Shown in pieces: positions 11,617 to 25,260 of a DNA stretch of 64,000 nucleotides. The notes beneath the pieces are model-generated. The model saw only the letters and a list, made by a program, of their open reading frames with translations, did not search any database and was not told the origin of the DNA. Positions within the stretch are counted from its first letter, which is position 1. Every line of letters starts with the position of its first letter. Source of the DNA: Felis catus (taxonomy: Eukaryota); contig NC_058368.1 in the NCBI RefSeq assembly GCF_018350175.1, forward strand, positions 133,798,001 through 133,862,000, read 5' to 3'. A program made the translations under genes and the position numbers.

Positions 11617-14309
11617 TAACAGTTACATTTCTAATTTAGATGATTATGTGTTGATTTGTTTCATTTTATTTTACTTTGATTTTTGTTTTCATCATGGCTA
11701 CCTAGTTTCTGTCAAACCTTGGGTAGGCGGGGGGGGGGGGGGGGGGGGCAGGGGGTTGTTGGTCGCTATTTTTTTTTTTTTTTCTCAAATACACAGTGTG
11801 GCCTAACTAAACAATGGAGCTATTTTAAAACTCTGGGAAATGTCTCCCTCCCCAGATTTCCTGATTGCAAACTCATATGCACATCTCTTGAGTCCTGGTA
11901 CCAGTGCTCCCTTTGCCTGAGGCAAAGACATTCTTGAAAAAATGCTGGGGGATTTTTGGTGGAGTTGTAAAGCTGCCTACAAGACAAAGGAGTTAACACA
12001 GGAAAACCCACGTTGAGGGATATAACCATGGAGGGAGTTAGAAGATAACTTGATCTACTGAGAATTTATCACCAGGTGCCAGTCTCCAGATTGTAGAAAG
12101 GGGACATGACCTGTCACTACCCACTCTTCTGCTTTCTTTTACACTATTTTAAAATATTGAAACTTTCAGATGCAAAAATAAACTTAAGTTTCTAAATGTA
12201 TTCTATTTATAAATCTAAATAAATTTGTGTAATTTTTTTAAGTAAAAAGAGAAATGGTTTTTGTCATTTGAAAAACATACCATCAAATATTTGGTGTACT
12301 GTCCTCGAGGCACATTAGCTAATGGCACAAAGTGTTTTTGCTCGTTACCATATAATTGTGTGAGTTCAGCAACTTTGGTGCCTACTGGTAACAGTCAGTG
12401 TAGCTAATATCTGAAGACCCAGGCAGAAAACACTCTGTTAACATAAGTGAGCCCTGTAATTTTATGATTATACTGTGAATGAAAATATGATGTGACCACA
12501 AAGCCAAAGGAATGACTCACTTGGTAGCTATTGACAGATTTTATTTTCAAGATGGTTTAGGTGTATTGTTGTTTTCATGAGTGTTACGTTCTTTCCGCAG
12601 GGTGTAGGGTCTCTTTAGGAAAACAGTAAGTAAAAGTAGCCAGTGAAAAATTTCACCTTCACTTCTTTCATCCAGTCTGCGATTTATTCTCAGAAAGTTG
12701 AAGCATTTGAATTCTTGTCTTGATGTGCAGTTTAATTTCATGTGAGCAGATCACTAAGGATCCTTTTCAGTGTGGTAATGTTGCACAGGGGGCTGCTATC
12801 TCTCCGTACCATTGAATTTCTACTTAGAAATGTTGCCATGTGAAGGTCAGATTCCCTAACTGGAATCAACAGGAATCCAGGAACACAATGGACAGGAACT
12901 CTGTGAGTCACTCACTGCAGGGAATGCAGAATGAGTTTGGGTTGGTTGCCTGGTGAATATGGTGAAGAGGCAGAGTGGGTGTGTTACTCAGGAGCTCAGG
13001 GTACTTACTTATAAGGACCAAACCAGGCTAGGGACGAATGAGGTCACCTCTTTGAACACAAGGCTGGCCTTATGAGAAATAGATGGCCGTGCCTGTCAGA
13101 GGCATGCCGGTGGTTTCAAGGTGAGTGAAGCCAGCCTTCAACTTTTCCTTGGTAACTGACGCTTTCATGGCATGCCAGTTTGTCTGAAACCCTGCCGTAG
13201 CTCTAACATTTTCTACGGTGCAGTGAAAGCTCTTTCTACACACAAACACATTCTCATACATGATCTCTTAAAGTCTCGGAGGTTATTCGGGAGCAGGAAT
13301 GGGGGCAGATGCCAGACTAAAGGAATGACATCTTGAAAGAATAAATGGAACAGAGAAATCCAAGATTCGGGTTCACAAGCTTCTGGAAGTTGTAATATGT
13401 ACATTTTATAATGAGGAATTTGTTTTATTTTGAGACCTGTCATTTGTAACTATTTCAACTTAAAAAGAAGTTTGTCTCAATAGTACATGCAATATACCCT
13501 TTTATGCTTTGTGTCTTCTGGCCAAATTCCAAATGCATATTACAACATGGGCCATTCCTTTTCTCCAGAGCCACTGCTCATAAACATGCTTCACATCGCA
13601 AATCTGATTTCCGTATTCTCCAATACTGAAAGAGTCAGAGTTCAAGAAATAGGGAAAGAAAAAAAAAAAAACAACATATGGAGCATGATCCAGAAATTTA
13701 GGTTTAATTTCAAAATCTATTAAGAAACAGTGGAACAAAAAAGTTTGATTCATACACGCTTAAGCACAATTCTTTTCTCTAGTTGGGTCTGTCTAGACCA
13801 GCTGGTTTGGGCAGGGATAAGTAGAAAGTAAGTGCCTGTTTGGCATGGCTGATCTCTGTGTTGGGTCATTTGCCTTTGGATCCTCCACAATGCCCTGTGG
13901 AGATGGAAATGTCCATATCAGGACCTCTCACATGTCTGTTCGCCATGAGCCTGAGCACTATATGGAAGTATATCCCAGGATAAAAAGCATGCTCCATGTG
14001 GTGACATCGGTATGTCTGTCCATCCGGGTCAGGCTCACTGCCTCCAGAAAACTCTCACTGTCTGGTGTGAAACTTGAGGAGCTGATCTCCCTCCTGTGTT
14101 TGAACGTTGGGCTGTAGGTACAAAGATCTGCTACCCCCAAGATCACCTACCTCCATCTCTTTGGCGTGCGTCTGTAGTTACCAAGCTCGCTGATGTATGC
14201 ATAGGACCAGAGCGCTGAGATACTAATTTACAGGGATAAATATAGTTATTATTGAGCTGCGCTCAATAATACCGTTCTAATTCTCTGTCTTAGAGACACT
14301 TTAACATAA

Positions 14310-14540
14310 TGACTGAAAGCACAGGTTCTGAAGGCAGACTGTCTGGATTTGGATTCCCCTTCCACCACATACTCTTTGTGTGATGTTGCCAGACAAGCCT
14401 CTAGACTTCTCACTTCTTCGGTTTTTCACATCTGTTCGATATGGATAAAAATAAGTCCTACCTCAGAGGATTGTCACGAAAATTAAACCGTTTCTTGGCA
14501 CAGAGTAAACACTTGTCAAAGTTAGCAGTTATTGTTATTG
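14310..14540 (+). mobile_element. MIR SINE
   Basis: agcacaggttctgaaggcagactgtctggatttggattccc...acatctgt...cctacctcagaggattgt...ttcttggcacagagtaaacact follows the MIR consensus. Confidence 0.8.
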
Positions 14541-14839
14541 CTGTTTTTTGTCATTCACATTTGGGCACACCTCTCCGCGAAGCTAGCCGCTTCCCCTGTA
14601 TGCTTGGGGGAATATTAGCAGAGCAAGGCGTGTTAGTTAGGTGACTTAAATGATTCATGGCATCGGGCGAAAGTGGACTGATGCACATGGTTTTGACAGT
14701 TGGTCTGAAACAGCAAAGTCTGTTGGGTAGAGTCCCTTGTATGTCCCTCTACCTTGCCGTTGCCAGTTTGAAGCCCTTGGCTTGATTGGCCCAGTGCTTG
14801 GATTGACACTTGAACCTGTGGTTTTGCAGCTTTTGTTTT

Positions 14840-14840
14840 T

Positions 14841-14904
<64 letters not shown>

Positions 14905-14905
14905 T
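14840..14905. repeat. (TTTC)n tetranucleotide microsatellite
   Basis: Directly visible. Confidence 0.95.
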
Positions 14906-14914
14906 TTTACCATT

Positions 14915-15112
14915 TCTTTTTAAATGATTATTTATTTTTGAGAGAGAGAGCTGGGGAGGGGCAGAGAGAGAGAGGAAAGAGAGAATCCCAAGCAGGCTTC
15001 GTGGCATCAGTGCAGAGCCAGACGCGGGGCTCCAGCCCACGAACCGCGAGATCATGACCTAGGCCGAAACCAAGAGCCAGATGCTCAACCAACTGAGCCA
15101 CCTAGGCGCCCC
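14915..15112 (-). mobile_element. CanSINE
   Basis: Ends aactgagccacctaggcgcccc. Confidence 0.92.
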
Positions 15113-15404
15113 ATGTTTTTCTATGTTCCTAAAAGCCAACCAATAGCCCTTCGTGTTGTTACTTTTTTTTTTTCTGTAACTGTGTTAATATTGTCATTTA
15201 CTCTCACGTCTTGTTGCTTTAGACCTAGCCCCTTTAGCTCTTGAATAATTCATTGTATTGCCTTAAAAGTTAATTCTGTAGGTAACCTTAGGCTTCTTGT
15301 TCTAAGATCCTTGAGGGAAAGCCTTAGTGTAACATTCGAAATATTAAAACATTTATGCACGAAAGAAGGTATGCAAGAGAGGAAGACCGAAATGTTGTAT
15401 TTTG

Positions 15405-15555
15405 ATAACTAATGTTTATGAAGCACTTGCTGTGTGCCAGGTACTATGATATTTCTTTACATGAGTTACCTCATTTAGTTTCTACATAGCCCTCTGAGGT
15501 AGTTCATATTCTTATCCCTATTCTACAGAATGGTAAATTGACGCTTAAGGGGGTT
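15405..15555 (-). mobile_element. MIR SINE fragment
   Basis: taatgtttatgaagcacttgctgtgtgccaggtact...cctcattta...ccctctgaggtag...attctacagaatggtaaattga. Confidence 0.8.
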
Positions 15556-16905
15556 GGAATTGGAAACGAGATCTACCAAGGGTAAGTCCTTATATTTGAT
15601 AGCCATCCCATGAAATCTAAAAAGTAGCTAGCTCTCTCTCTCTATGCAAAAGAATTACTCTACTCTCATAAGTAGTAGTTATGTGTATCTGTGTCTAATG
15701 CAGATTTCTAACTTTGATGGTGCCCTGCTTGTAAGAGCCCTGTGACTTCCCTAGTGGCCCCGTTTGCCACTAGTTATTACTGCGGCCTTGGCGCACACCA
15801 CACCACCTTCCGGAGCTACATTGCTGTTTCTCAGCTCCCAAACGACAAGAGCAAGGTGAATTTGCTACCCAGACTGGATACCGAGCAGCTAACTTACTGG
15901 CCAGCATCTTCTGGTATCTCCCTAGCCCTCCTGTCTTTAGCAACTGAATTGATTCCTTGTGGCCAATTTCATCTTTGCAAAATGAGAGACCCACTAAGAA
16001 AACATCAGTGGATACAAATGAGAGAGAAGGAGAAAAAAATTGTCCAGTTAAAGGAAAACCTGACTTTTTTACTGTACTTTTCACCAGAGTAGTCTGTTCT
16101 TCCTTCCTTTGGAGGGCTGTATCCTTTTCATATGGGAAACAAACAGCAGGGGCGGGGTGTACGTGCTTTAAGTATGGGATTAGCAAACAACTCCTGTTAA
16201 TATCCATTTGGCAGTTTTCCTGTTGTTGTTCCATCTAGGAAACATTTTCTTCTACTTCTGCCCATTATCATAGTTTTGACACTCCTGTCATTAACAGAAT
16301 GTCATTTTGCAAGATACTGAATTAGGCACAGCTAGCAACAAAGCATACTGAACAGAAAGATAATGGCTTTTTGCCACATGACTTTTCCTCACAGAAAAGC
16401 ACAGAGTGGAGCTCTCCTGTCAGCTGTGCCTGTGTGTGTTTGTGTTCTGACTGGGGGCAGGTGGAACAAGGGGCAGTTCACTTGGCAGAGCGCTGTGCCA
16501 AATTTTGGTAAACGGAAAATGATTTAGAGCCGGAATCATGTTAAATAGTCCCGATGCTCATTCTGTGCTTGACATACATTTCTGTTGAGTGCCGTAAAAG
16601 GAGGTCGGGTATTTACAGAAGCAAACTCCTCTGCCTTTTATGGGTCAGAACCGAGTGGCTCCAGTGTCCTCTGAACCAGAAAGAAGGAACGAGCTTTTGA
16701 TTTTTATGGGTAGCTTTGAGCTCTGTAGCTAAAGGACCCTACCAGACTAAAATATATCCACCAAATTAAGTGTTTCTGGATGTAGCAAGTTAAACAGATT
16801 TAATTTCTATATGGAGAAGTCTGGAACAGGTAAAACATAGTCATCAGTTCAACTGGTCTATATATGTCCAAATGAAATTTGGATGTAAGAAAATCTTACC
16901 ATCAA

Positions 16906-17068
16906 GGTGTGCCTGGGTGGCTCCGTCAGTTGAGCTCTAACTTTGACCCTGGTCATGATCTCACAGTTCATGGGTTCGAGCTCTGTGTCGGGCTCTGTGC
17001 TGACAGCTCAGAGCCCGGATCCTGCTTTGAATTCTGTGTCTCCTTCTCTTTCAGCCCCTACCCCTCTC

Positions 17069-17123
<55 letters not shown>

Positions 17124-17161
17124 AAATAAACAAACAAACAAACAAACAAACATTAAAAAAA
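16906..17161 (+). mobile_element. CanSINE with expanded (CT)n linker
   Basis: Head gcctgggtggctccgtcagttgag; TSD agaaaatcttaccatc on both sides. Confidence 0.92.
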
Positions 17162-17589
17162 GGTGGGGAGGGGGGGTAGAAAATCTTACCATCGAGCTTT
17201 ATGAAGGTGTTGAGCATTTCTTAAAAGCAACAAAAGTAGAGACTGTAGGTACAGGAGAAAGAAGTTAATAGTATAACTGTATTACAGTATTTCCAAAAAG
17301 GCAGATCAGAGCAGATTTATTAAGTCTATACTGTGGTTTGGTGCTGCTACCCCTTTCTAAGGTTTTTTAAAGATTTTACTTCCTCATGACTGGCCAACTG
17401 AGAAAAGTTCAATGTTATTCATTTAAATCGATGAAAAGTAATTTTTATAGTTGGACTTTGAATTTGGTTTTCTGCTTCTTAGAAACAAAAATGTATCATT
17501 ATGAGTTTTATGTATATCCAGTATGAAACATGAGAGCTTAAAAAAATGTGTTAAAGTCACATATTTTACCACCCCCCCCCCTCTGCCCC

Positions 17590-17591
<2 letters not shown>

Positions 17592-17636
<45 letters not shown>
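17592..17636. repeat. (CA)n microsatellite
   Basis: Directly visible. Confidence 0.97.
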
Positions 17637-17638
<2 letters not shown>

Positions 17639-18671
17639 GAAGTTCAGGAAAACATTAGTTTGTATTTGTATTTTGTTTATTCTTAACTCCCCAATACATT
17701 GTAGGCTTATGTTCAGTCCCTGTCTACCGCTGCCCTGAGCACAACCAAAGACTTAAAAGTGTCAGTCTCTGAAGGATTTGACCCTGACCTTTTTACCCAG
17801 TTACCCAACCTGAAGTATTTGACCCTGAGCCTTTACCCAGTTACAAAACCAGGACTACCACCCCCACCGATCCCCCACCTGTCTCTCATTGCCACTCAGC
17901 CTAGGGGATATCAGCTCTTCAAGCTTTGCAGAATAGATTAGACCATGGTTTTGGATGACTCCATAAGGTGTTTTGGCAAGATCAGCCCTTGGAACAGTTT
18001 CCCAAGATCTAGCACATGCCCTTCAGCTCTTAGATTAAAATTAATCACCCCATTTCCCCAGCATTGTCTTCGCACCATCATACCAAGGAGGAGCAGTCTT
18101 TATTTTGTGTCTTCTGTGTGAGGTTTGAGCTATTGTGTCCTGCAGGAAGAATCTTAAGTTCACAAGTCATCTGTATCTCCTCCTTGACTTTTCTAGCCCT
18201 CAGGTGTCCTTCAAATCCATCACCTGCCCTCAAGTCTTAGCATTCCTGAGGGGCAAATGGGCTAGGGATTTCCTACGATTTTGTTGCAGGTAAATTGTCC
18301 TAAAAAAAATTTCTCAGGTACTGAGACACTCCTCGCTTGAATCACTTTTTACTTCTAACGTTTTTAGCAGTTGAGCTTTGCTTGCTGCTGTAAATATCCC
18401 TGTCATTACCAAACTCCTACTCAACTTTAACCTTCATATTATGCCTCTCTTTTAATCCCACTGACTATCCCTTTGTAATTTTACTCAGAACAACGTGTAT
18501 GTAGGTTTTTCCAGTAAGGTGTGTCGCACCATACATCCAGCCCCACAACACTGTCAGTTCTTTGTGTTTTCTCAGTTATACGTGACCTTGATCAATGTAG
18601 TAGTATCAGACAATGCAGTAGTATTCTAATATAATCTTGGATCAGTTGTATCTTATAAGTTACACAATGTT

Positions 18672-18882
18672 GGGGCCCCTGGGTGGTTCAGTCGGTTTGG
18701 CGTCCGACTTGGGCACAGGTCATGATCTCGCAGTTTGTGAGTTCGAGCCCCGCATTGGGCTCTGTGCTGACAGCTCAGGGCCTGAAACCTGCTTCGGATT
18801 CTGTGTCTCCCTCTCTCTCTGCCCCTCCCCTGCTCATTCTCTGTCTCTCAATAATAAACAAACGTTAAAAAATTAAAAAAAA
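18672..18882 (+). mobile_element. CanSINE
   Basis: Full head, linker and tail; TSD ataagttacac(a/t)atgtt. Confidence 0.94.
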
Positions 18883-20254
18883 ATAAGTTACACTATGTTT
18901 GTGGCACAAATTAAAAACTTCTTAAGAACTCAAACTGTATTAAGTTATTCAAAAATAGTTACTGAATCTTGAGTGAAATTATTATTTTCTATATTTTTCC
19001 CTGTGTCCAAAGAGATTGACCATTACATAAAATGTAGTCTTTGGCGTCAAGGAGCTCGTCCCCCCTCCTAGATTATAACCTCCATGTAGAATCCCTGGTT
19101 ATGTTTCCTAAATGAATGAGTGACTCCACAATGGGTGCTGTGCTTGCCAATGTCTCTGTGGAACAATGTGGTGAATGTCAGCCACCCATCAGCCGTGTGG
19201 CTGACAAAGGACATTAGAGTTCACCATACCAGCCACATTGCTACGTCTTGTTCTGAAATTAGCCACAAAATGGACTAAGAAGAAATAGGATTAGAAAATG
19301 TTTTATGTCAGGCTGATCTCTGAGGTGAAGGGATTATTTAGGGAAAACCTATGAATGGAAGGATAATTTGCCATGCACAATATATACTGTGAAATTCTAG
19401 TGCTTACTATTTATGAAAATAGGTTTCAAAGCTGATTGGGATTCTGTCTCACGCTTTAAACAGCAACAGATTTTGGATGGTACCTTTCCTCCAGATTCTG
19501 CCATAGAAGGCAGTTATCTGTGAAGTATTCTTATCTCTTTTATACCTTAAACACTTGGAGACTGTTTTCTTCGTGTTCTTATCTCCCCTAGTACTTTATA
19601 CATAGGAAAAGACATTCCATTAATATCTGTTACACTGAATAGTGTCTTGCTAATATCTGTGTGTTCAGCCATCCCTCCCTTCCTCTATGAAGACAGAAAA
19701 TTGGGCCAGACTTCAGTATGGGTTATCTTAATGGATTAGATATATTTCCAAGAAGTACCGTGAACAGTAATATGTATTTTTTCCTATTGATTTGCCTCAG
19801 AATTTTTGAAAGCTTGGAGACCTATGCCTTGCTGTAGGTATGTAATTAGCCAAAATTTTTCAGTCATAGGTGAAAACAGTGTGAGCAGCTCTTCATTTCC
19901 ATTATAATGAATGCCTTTAAAAAGAAATTTTTTCCACTAATGGAAAAGTTAAGTTCAAGTATGAAGCCAATGATATCCATAATAAGCATTCATAATTACA
20001 TACCCTACATAGCTGTGAACTAGGGTCATTACATAGGTGCGGGAGTGAAGAGGCCTGTGGCACTCAGGCTTGGTTGTCACCACACTGTCACTGCTTGCTC
20101 CTTCTCCTTTTTTTTGTTTTTGTTTTTTTTGTTTTTTTTTTTGGTGGTGTACAGAAGAACATGGACTGATATAATGCATTGAATTTGGGGGCCATTAGTT
20201 ATTCAAACAAAATACTTAAAGTACAATCACAAAGAGTGGGATAGATTAGCCCAT

Positions 20255-20727
20255 CAGCTTAACCTCCTAACTGGCCTCCCTACTTCCTCCTTTGATCATT
20301 TCCATCTGGTAGCCTGAACCCTTCTTCTCTTTAGACAAAAGTCAGATGATGTTCAAAACCTTCCAACGGCTTTTCTTTTCCCCCAGGCTAGAGACTGGTC
20401 TCCATGCTGTGGCCTCTCAAGATGCTACAGATATGCCCTTGCTCTTTCTCCACTGTCTCTCTGGTGCCTTTGGCTCACTCTACACTTGTGTCAGGCCTTT
20501 TGCTCTTTCTGAATGCTGGATGCCTCATCCTTCTGTCCCCATTCACTTCTTACCTCCCCAGTAAGTCCTTTACTGACCGCCTCTTTACAGGTGTGATTCG
20601 TTACATCTGCCCTCCCCGTCCTACCTTCTGAACTATATTTTCTTTCTTTCTTTTTGTTTTTTTAAACTTTTATTTATTTATTTTGAGAGAGAGCATGAGT
20701 GCCCAAGCAGGGGAGGGGTAGATGGGA

Positions 20728-20800
<73 letters not shown>

Positions 20801-21125
20801 CCCAGGTTCTGAGCCATTAGCAAAGAGCCTGATGCGGGACTTGAACTCACGCACCCTGGGATCATGATCTGAGCTGAACCCAAGAGTTGTACCTTTAACT
20901 GACTAAGTCACCTAGGCACCCTTCTGCACTATTTATCTCTATCACCATCTCCTACCATATATATCATAGTATATTATAAACTTTATAAAGTTTACTCATT
21001 TTTGTGTTTACTATCTGCTTCTTTCTCCAGCATGTAAGCCCCTTGAGGGCAGCAGGGATTTTTACTGTTTAGAGTATACATAGCATATATTGGGGACTCC
21101 GCAAGCAATTTGTTAAATGAATTAT
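20255..21125 (+). mobile_element. L2 3' region interrupted by a CanSINE
   Basis: aacctcctaactggcctccctacttcc...ttcaaaaccttccaacggct...tgtaagccccttgagggcag...atttgttaaatgaat are L2 hallmarks. Confidence 0.7.
20641..20921 (-). mobile_element. CanSINE with long (GA)n linker
   Basis: Ends gactaagtcacctaggcaccc; TSD ttctg(a/c)actat. Confidence 0.9.
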
Positions 21126-21901
21126 AGAACGCCTAGGTGGAGCCTTGATTTCACAGACCATAGTGGGATGCCAACAGTGCTTGGCTTTACCTTATATCAC
21201 AGAGACACAAACACTCATGCGTGCATCTCTGCCACTTTCTAAACTGTTCAGGAAAGGGGGTACATCTGTAGCCTTGAAGAAGCCTCAAGAAAGGGGAGAT
21301 TGATTTACATCAGAAAAGCAAAAAAGTTCCTGGGAGAAGACAGTGGTATGAAGGTAGAAATGGAGAGAAAGACAAAGCAGTCTCTGAAAGAATAAGTAGG
21401 ATTTGGGGGGAAGGTGTCTACACATTTTTAAGGAAGATTTTCTTTATGTTGCTTACTATAATTTTTCTTTCAAAATACAGCTCGAATATACTTTCTAAGG
21501 CTTTTGCATGCGATTTGCAAACATGCAGAGGCCTAGATCGTTCCTGTTGCAGAAAAGGAAAAAGAAACGTCCATGATATATATAATTTTAGTGCATTTAA
21601 GAATTCTAAAATTTGCTTCAAATGAATAACCTAAAACAGGAATGAATTAGACCCATATTTATGTTGCCATGGTTAAATCTCAAAAAATATAATGTTGAGA
21701 GGGAAAAAAGTAGGTTGCACAATACCTATAATTTGTAGTGTGTACTAAAGTATAATTTCTGCAAAAGTCAAAAAGTGTGACTGCCACAGAAATATAAAAT
21801 GACCATGTTAAAGCTTTTGTTATTAATTAATGAGAGTAGTTGTAATATATTAAAAAAGATGAAAAGATTTTGAAACTCAAATGCGTATCTACATATATAT
21901 A

Positions 21902-21944
<43 letters not shown>

Positions 21945-23402
21945 TCAGGAATGATGCCATGAATTTGCTAGTAGATGTGCAAAACGGGTTATTATGTTGT
22001 AGGACAATGTTATTAAGTGCTAGGGATCATCCTTCCCTAGAGATTATCACTTGTATCTCTACCATACAAAATTTGTTTGCATTTTTGTGGGCAAGAATCA
22101 TTCGGCTTACTACCAGTTTTCTACATTTTGTCTTCTACCCCTACAGAGTTTTAAAATAGCCTAGTCAGGAAAAAGACCATGGAAGCTGTCCACCCTTGGA
22201 CATCCCCTGGGGAGCCCACCGTGTAGAGCCTAATGAGCCATTGAAAGGAAAGCCGTCCATCTCTTTTGCACATTTGCACGTTTATCAGTTTTTCCCGGTA
22301 CGTGATATCATTAGTGAAACTGTAAACACGGACACACGTGTTGTTAGATGCACGTAAGTGTGCTCAAGTACCAAAATGAATGGGAAGGCTCCAGGCCACA
22401 CTTTTTTCAGTAGTTGTCTTGTTGGGAAGTGGAACATGTTGATTGGTTTGCATGTAAAAGGTACCCTTCCCCCTGTCTCTGCTCTATGATTGGAAACAAA
22501 TATGACAAGGTGATACCGTTCATTCCCAGCGGTAGAAATTGTTATTTTTCTGTATTTTCTGTATTTTTAAAACATCTTGGACATTAGGACAGTAAACTTC
22601 CAACTGTTTTTCTCATGTGGCTGTAGCTCATTCATTGTACAGACATGGAAACTACAGCCTGCTTGGTTTATAACAGGTATTCGGGACTCCCACCTGAGTT
22701 AGTCTCTGTCTCCCAGTCATGCCCACCTTCCTCTGCTTGGGCTTTCCCTTTTGTTGAAGGAATATTCAGATAGTCTGATTCTGTTAAGGTATTCACAATA
22801 ATACATGTCCACATCCAGTGAAGCTTTGGTCTGTAATTGGTCTACCGCAAATTTATCAAATTGTTCAAGATGAACTAATAAATTGGAGCCTAGCATCTCT
22901 AAATTCCTGGGGCCCTCCTCCCACAGGTCACCGTGCCATCACTGCCTCTTAGCCGTGCCCAGTCATATGTTACACTAAGCCTTTCAAGTCAGCTGTGAAT
23001 GTTAGAGATTACTGCCTATTGCGGTTTCCCCTCTGCAGCATGTCTTACTGTGGTCAGACGTGATGAGTATTCATGTCTCAAAAAGAATGTCATTTAAAAT
23101 TAAGCTGGATCGCAGCGACTCAGACCAGTTGCAAAAGGCCACCGTCTGGTAGGCCTTGCAGCTTTGACAGACCTTGTAGGGCATAATTAACAGGTTTCTT
23201 CAGCCAGGAGAGATGTCACAGATTCCGATGTGAAATATTTACAGGTCCTACCAAGGCCTTCATGTCCTTAGCATAAGGACAACCTGGGCAGATAGAGAAT
23301 ATGGTTGCTTTGGACCAAAATTATGTACACCACATTCCCCTCTCCCCCTTGAGCTGTGTAGCCTACATACCTCTTTTCCCTCACACTTTTAAAGATGACT
23401 TA

Positions 23403-23613
23403 ATTTTTTTAATGGTTATTTTTGAGAAAGAGTCCGCGCACGAGCAGGGGAGGGGCAGAGAGAGAGGGAGACAGAGAATCTAAAGCAGGCTCCAGGCTCT
23501 GTGCTGTCAGCACAAAGCCCGATGGCCCGATGTGGGGCTTAAACTCAAGAATCCCAAGATCATGACCTGAGCTGAAGTTGGACGCTTGACCGAGTGAGCC
23601 ACCCAGGCACCCC
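23403..23613 (-). mobile_element. CanSINE
   Basis: Ends gagtgagccacccaggcacccc. Confidence 0.92.
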
Positions 23614-24042
23614 ACCTCACACTAAGTCAGCCCTGACTTCGATGATGAAATGTAGGATCTGTCTCTTTATCTTCCTAGCAAACAGAAGGCACTGTTTGCA
23701 GTCACTAGGAAATCCAGCAGTTCCTTGCGGAATGCTTTGGTGATGGGAACAATGAGCTCAGAGCAGCAGGAGGGGTGCCCTGGGCAATCCTCACATCACC
23801 TGCCTGAGCCAAAACCATGCAGACAAACACTTCCTTGTGCTGGCCTTGTGTCACTCTAAAGCATCTCCGCCCCTTTGCACATCCAGCTGCGACATTCTTC
23901 AAGAGTGTTCTGTCCCTCCCTGCCTTGCCTCCCAGCACCCAGGGGCGGGCCAGTCCCACTGACTGACAAGTGCTTTTCCACTTGTCATTGCCTTTCCACC
24001 TTCCATTCTTCTCAGATCCCAGGTCCACCCAGTCAGCAGTAC

Positions 24043-24043
<1 letters not shown>

Positions 24044-24092
<49 letters not shown>
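24044..24092. repeat. (TG)n microsatellite
   Basis: Directly visible. Confidence 0.97.
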
Positions 24093-24094
<2 letters not shown>

Positions 24095-25260
24095 TTGGTC
24101 CATGGGGGGAGGAACCAAAGGAATGAGGTAAAAAGAAATACTTACTTGGCATCATTATACTCTGTCCTGACCCACTATTTGTTTTTGCCTTTGTCGCAAG
24201 TTGTCTGTGGGCTAAACTCAGATTTTGCAAGTAAAGAATCTGTGCCAGTGTGTCACCTTCCAAACTGGTAGAACAAACTGAGATGTTATCCAGAAGCAGC
24301 GTGTCTCCATGTGTTGCTTCAGGTGGTGAACCGGAGAGGAGGTGGTACCTAGTGGGGAGTGGACATTCCTGTGTTTGGCTTCCAGATCCGAGCAGGGGCA
24401 GGGGGAATGGCTTCCATTCCTTTTTAAAGAGTGAAGCAGAAAGAATGCATTATGGGACGAGTAGCTGAAACTTGAATTACTAAGTGTTTTACTTGGCAAT
24501 CATGGATCTTTGTTCCAAAGGCTGAAAACTGGAGAAGACTTTTTACAAGCTCAAAAATTAAACAAGGATAAATTTTAAGCAGGCTAAGATTTCGGCTCCA
24601 CTAGAGGTGACATTCCTATTTTACCTGGTAAGACAGCCCCTGCTTGTCCCTTGGTGACCCTGCTTGAGAAAAAGCAAGCAAGCTGAATCAACTTAGTCAT
24701 GCTGGTGGTAGGGAATGAACCTTGATTTGCCTAAGTGGCGATGTATCTACTCTTTCTTCACTTTATGAATTAAATGAGTGTGGAACAGTCACCACCACAA
24801 GGGGAACCTGCTTCTTACTTGGATGCCGTGAGCTTCTCCTTACATCTTCAGGAAAGAGTGTGATAACCTGGATGAATACATGATGACCCTAGAGGTCAGC
24901 TCAGCATTTTGTACCAGCGTCATGTGTGGGCAGTGCCAGGTGCTGTGGCAGTGTGGGTAGCAAACATTCATAGGTCCTGCCAACTAGGAGTTGTTTTACT
25001 GTGGGTTAAAATCAGCTTTTAATTCATTTATTGGGAATCAGGTACCTAGAGCAATGAAGTTAGGTGACTGTCTTCCCTACCACTGGAAAATTGTCTGCAG
25101 AATATCTCAGGGTCCCAGGTCTGTAAAAGTGCTAATGTACATATCAAGAGTTGATATTTTGGGGCTAAATACAGTATAAAATATCCCTTTACCCTTAAGA
25201 ATATTAGCAGCAAATAAATGAATTTGCGAAGCCAAGTCCCTAGTTCGTGACTGTATTTAT

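Noticed and set aside
24596..24615. CTCF-like CCACTAGAGGTGAC
   Set aside because: Mismatches in the GGGC core; cannot be supported without motif scoring or ChIP data.
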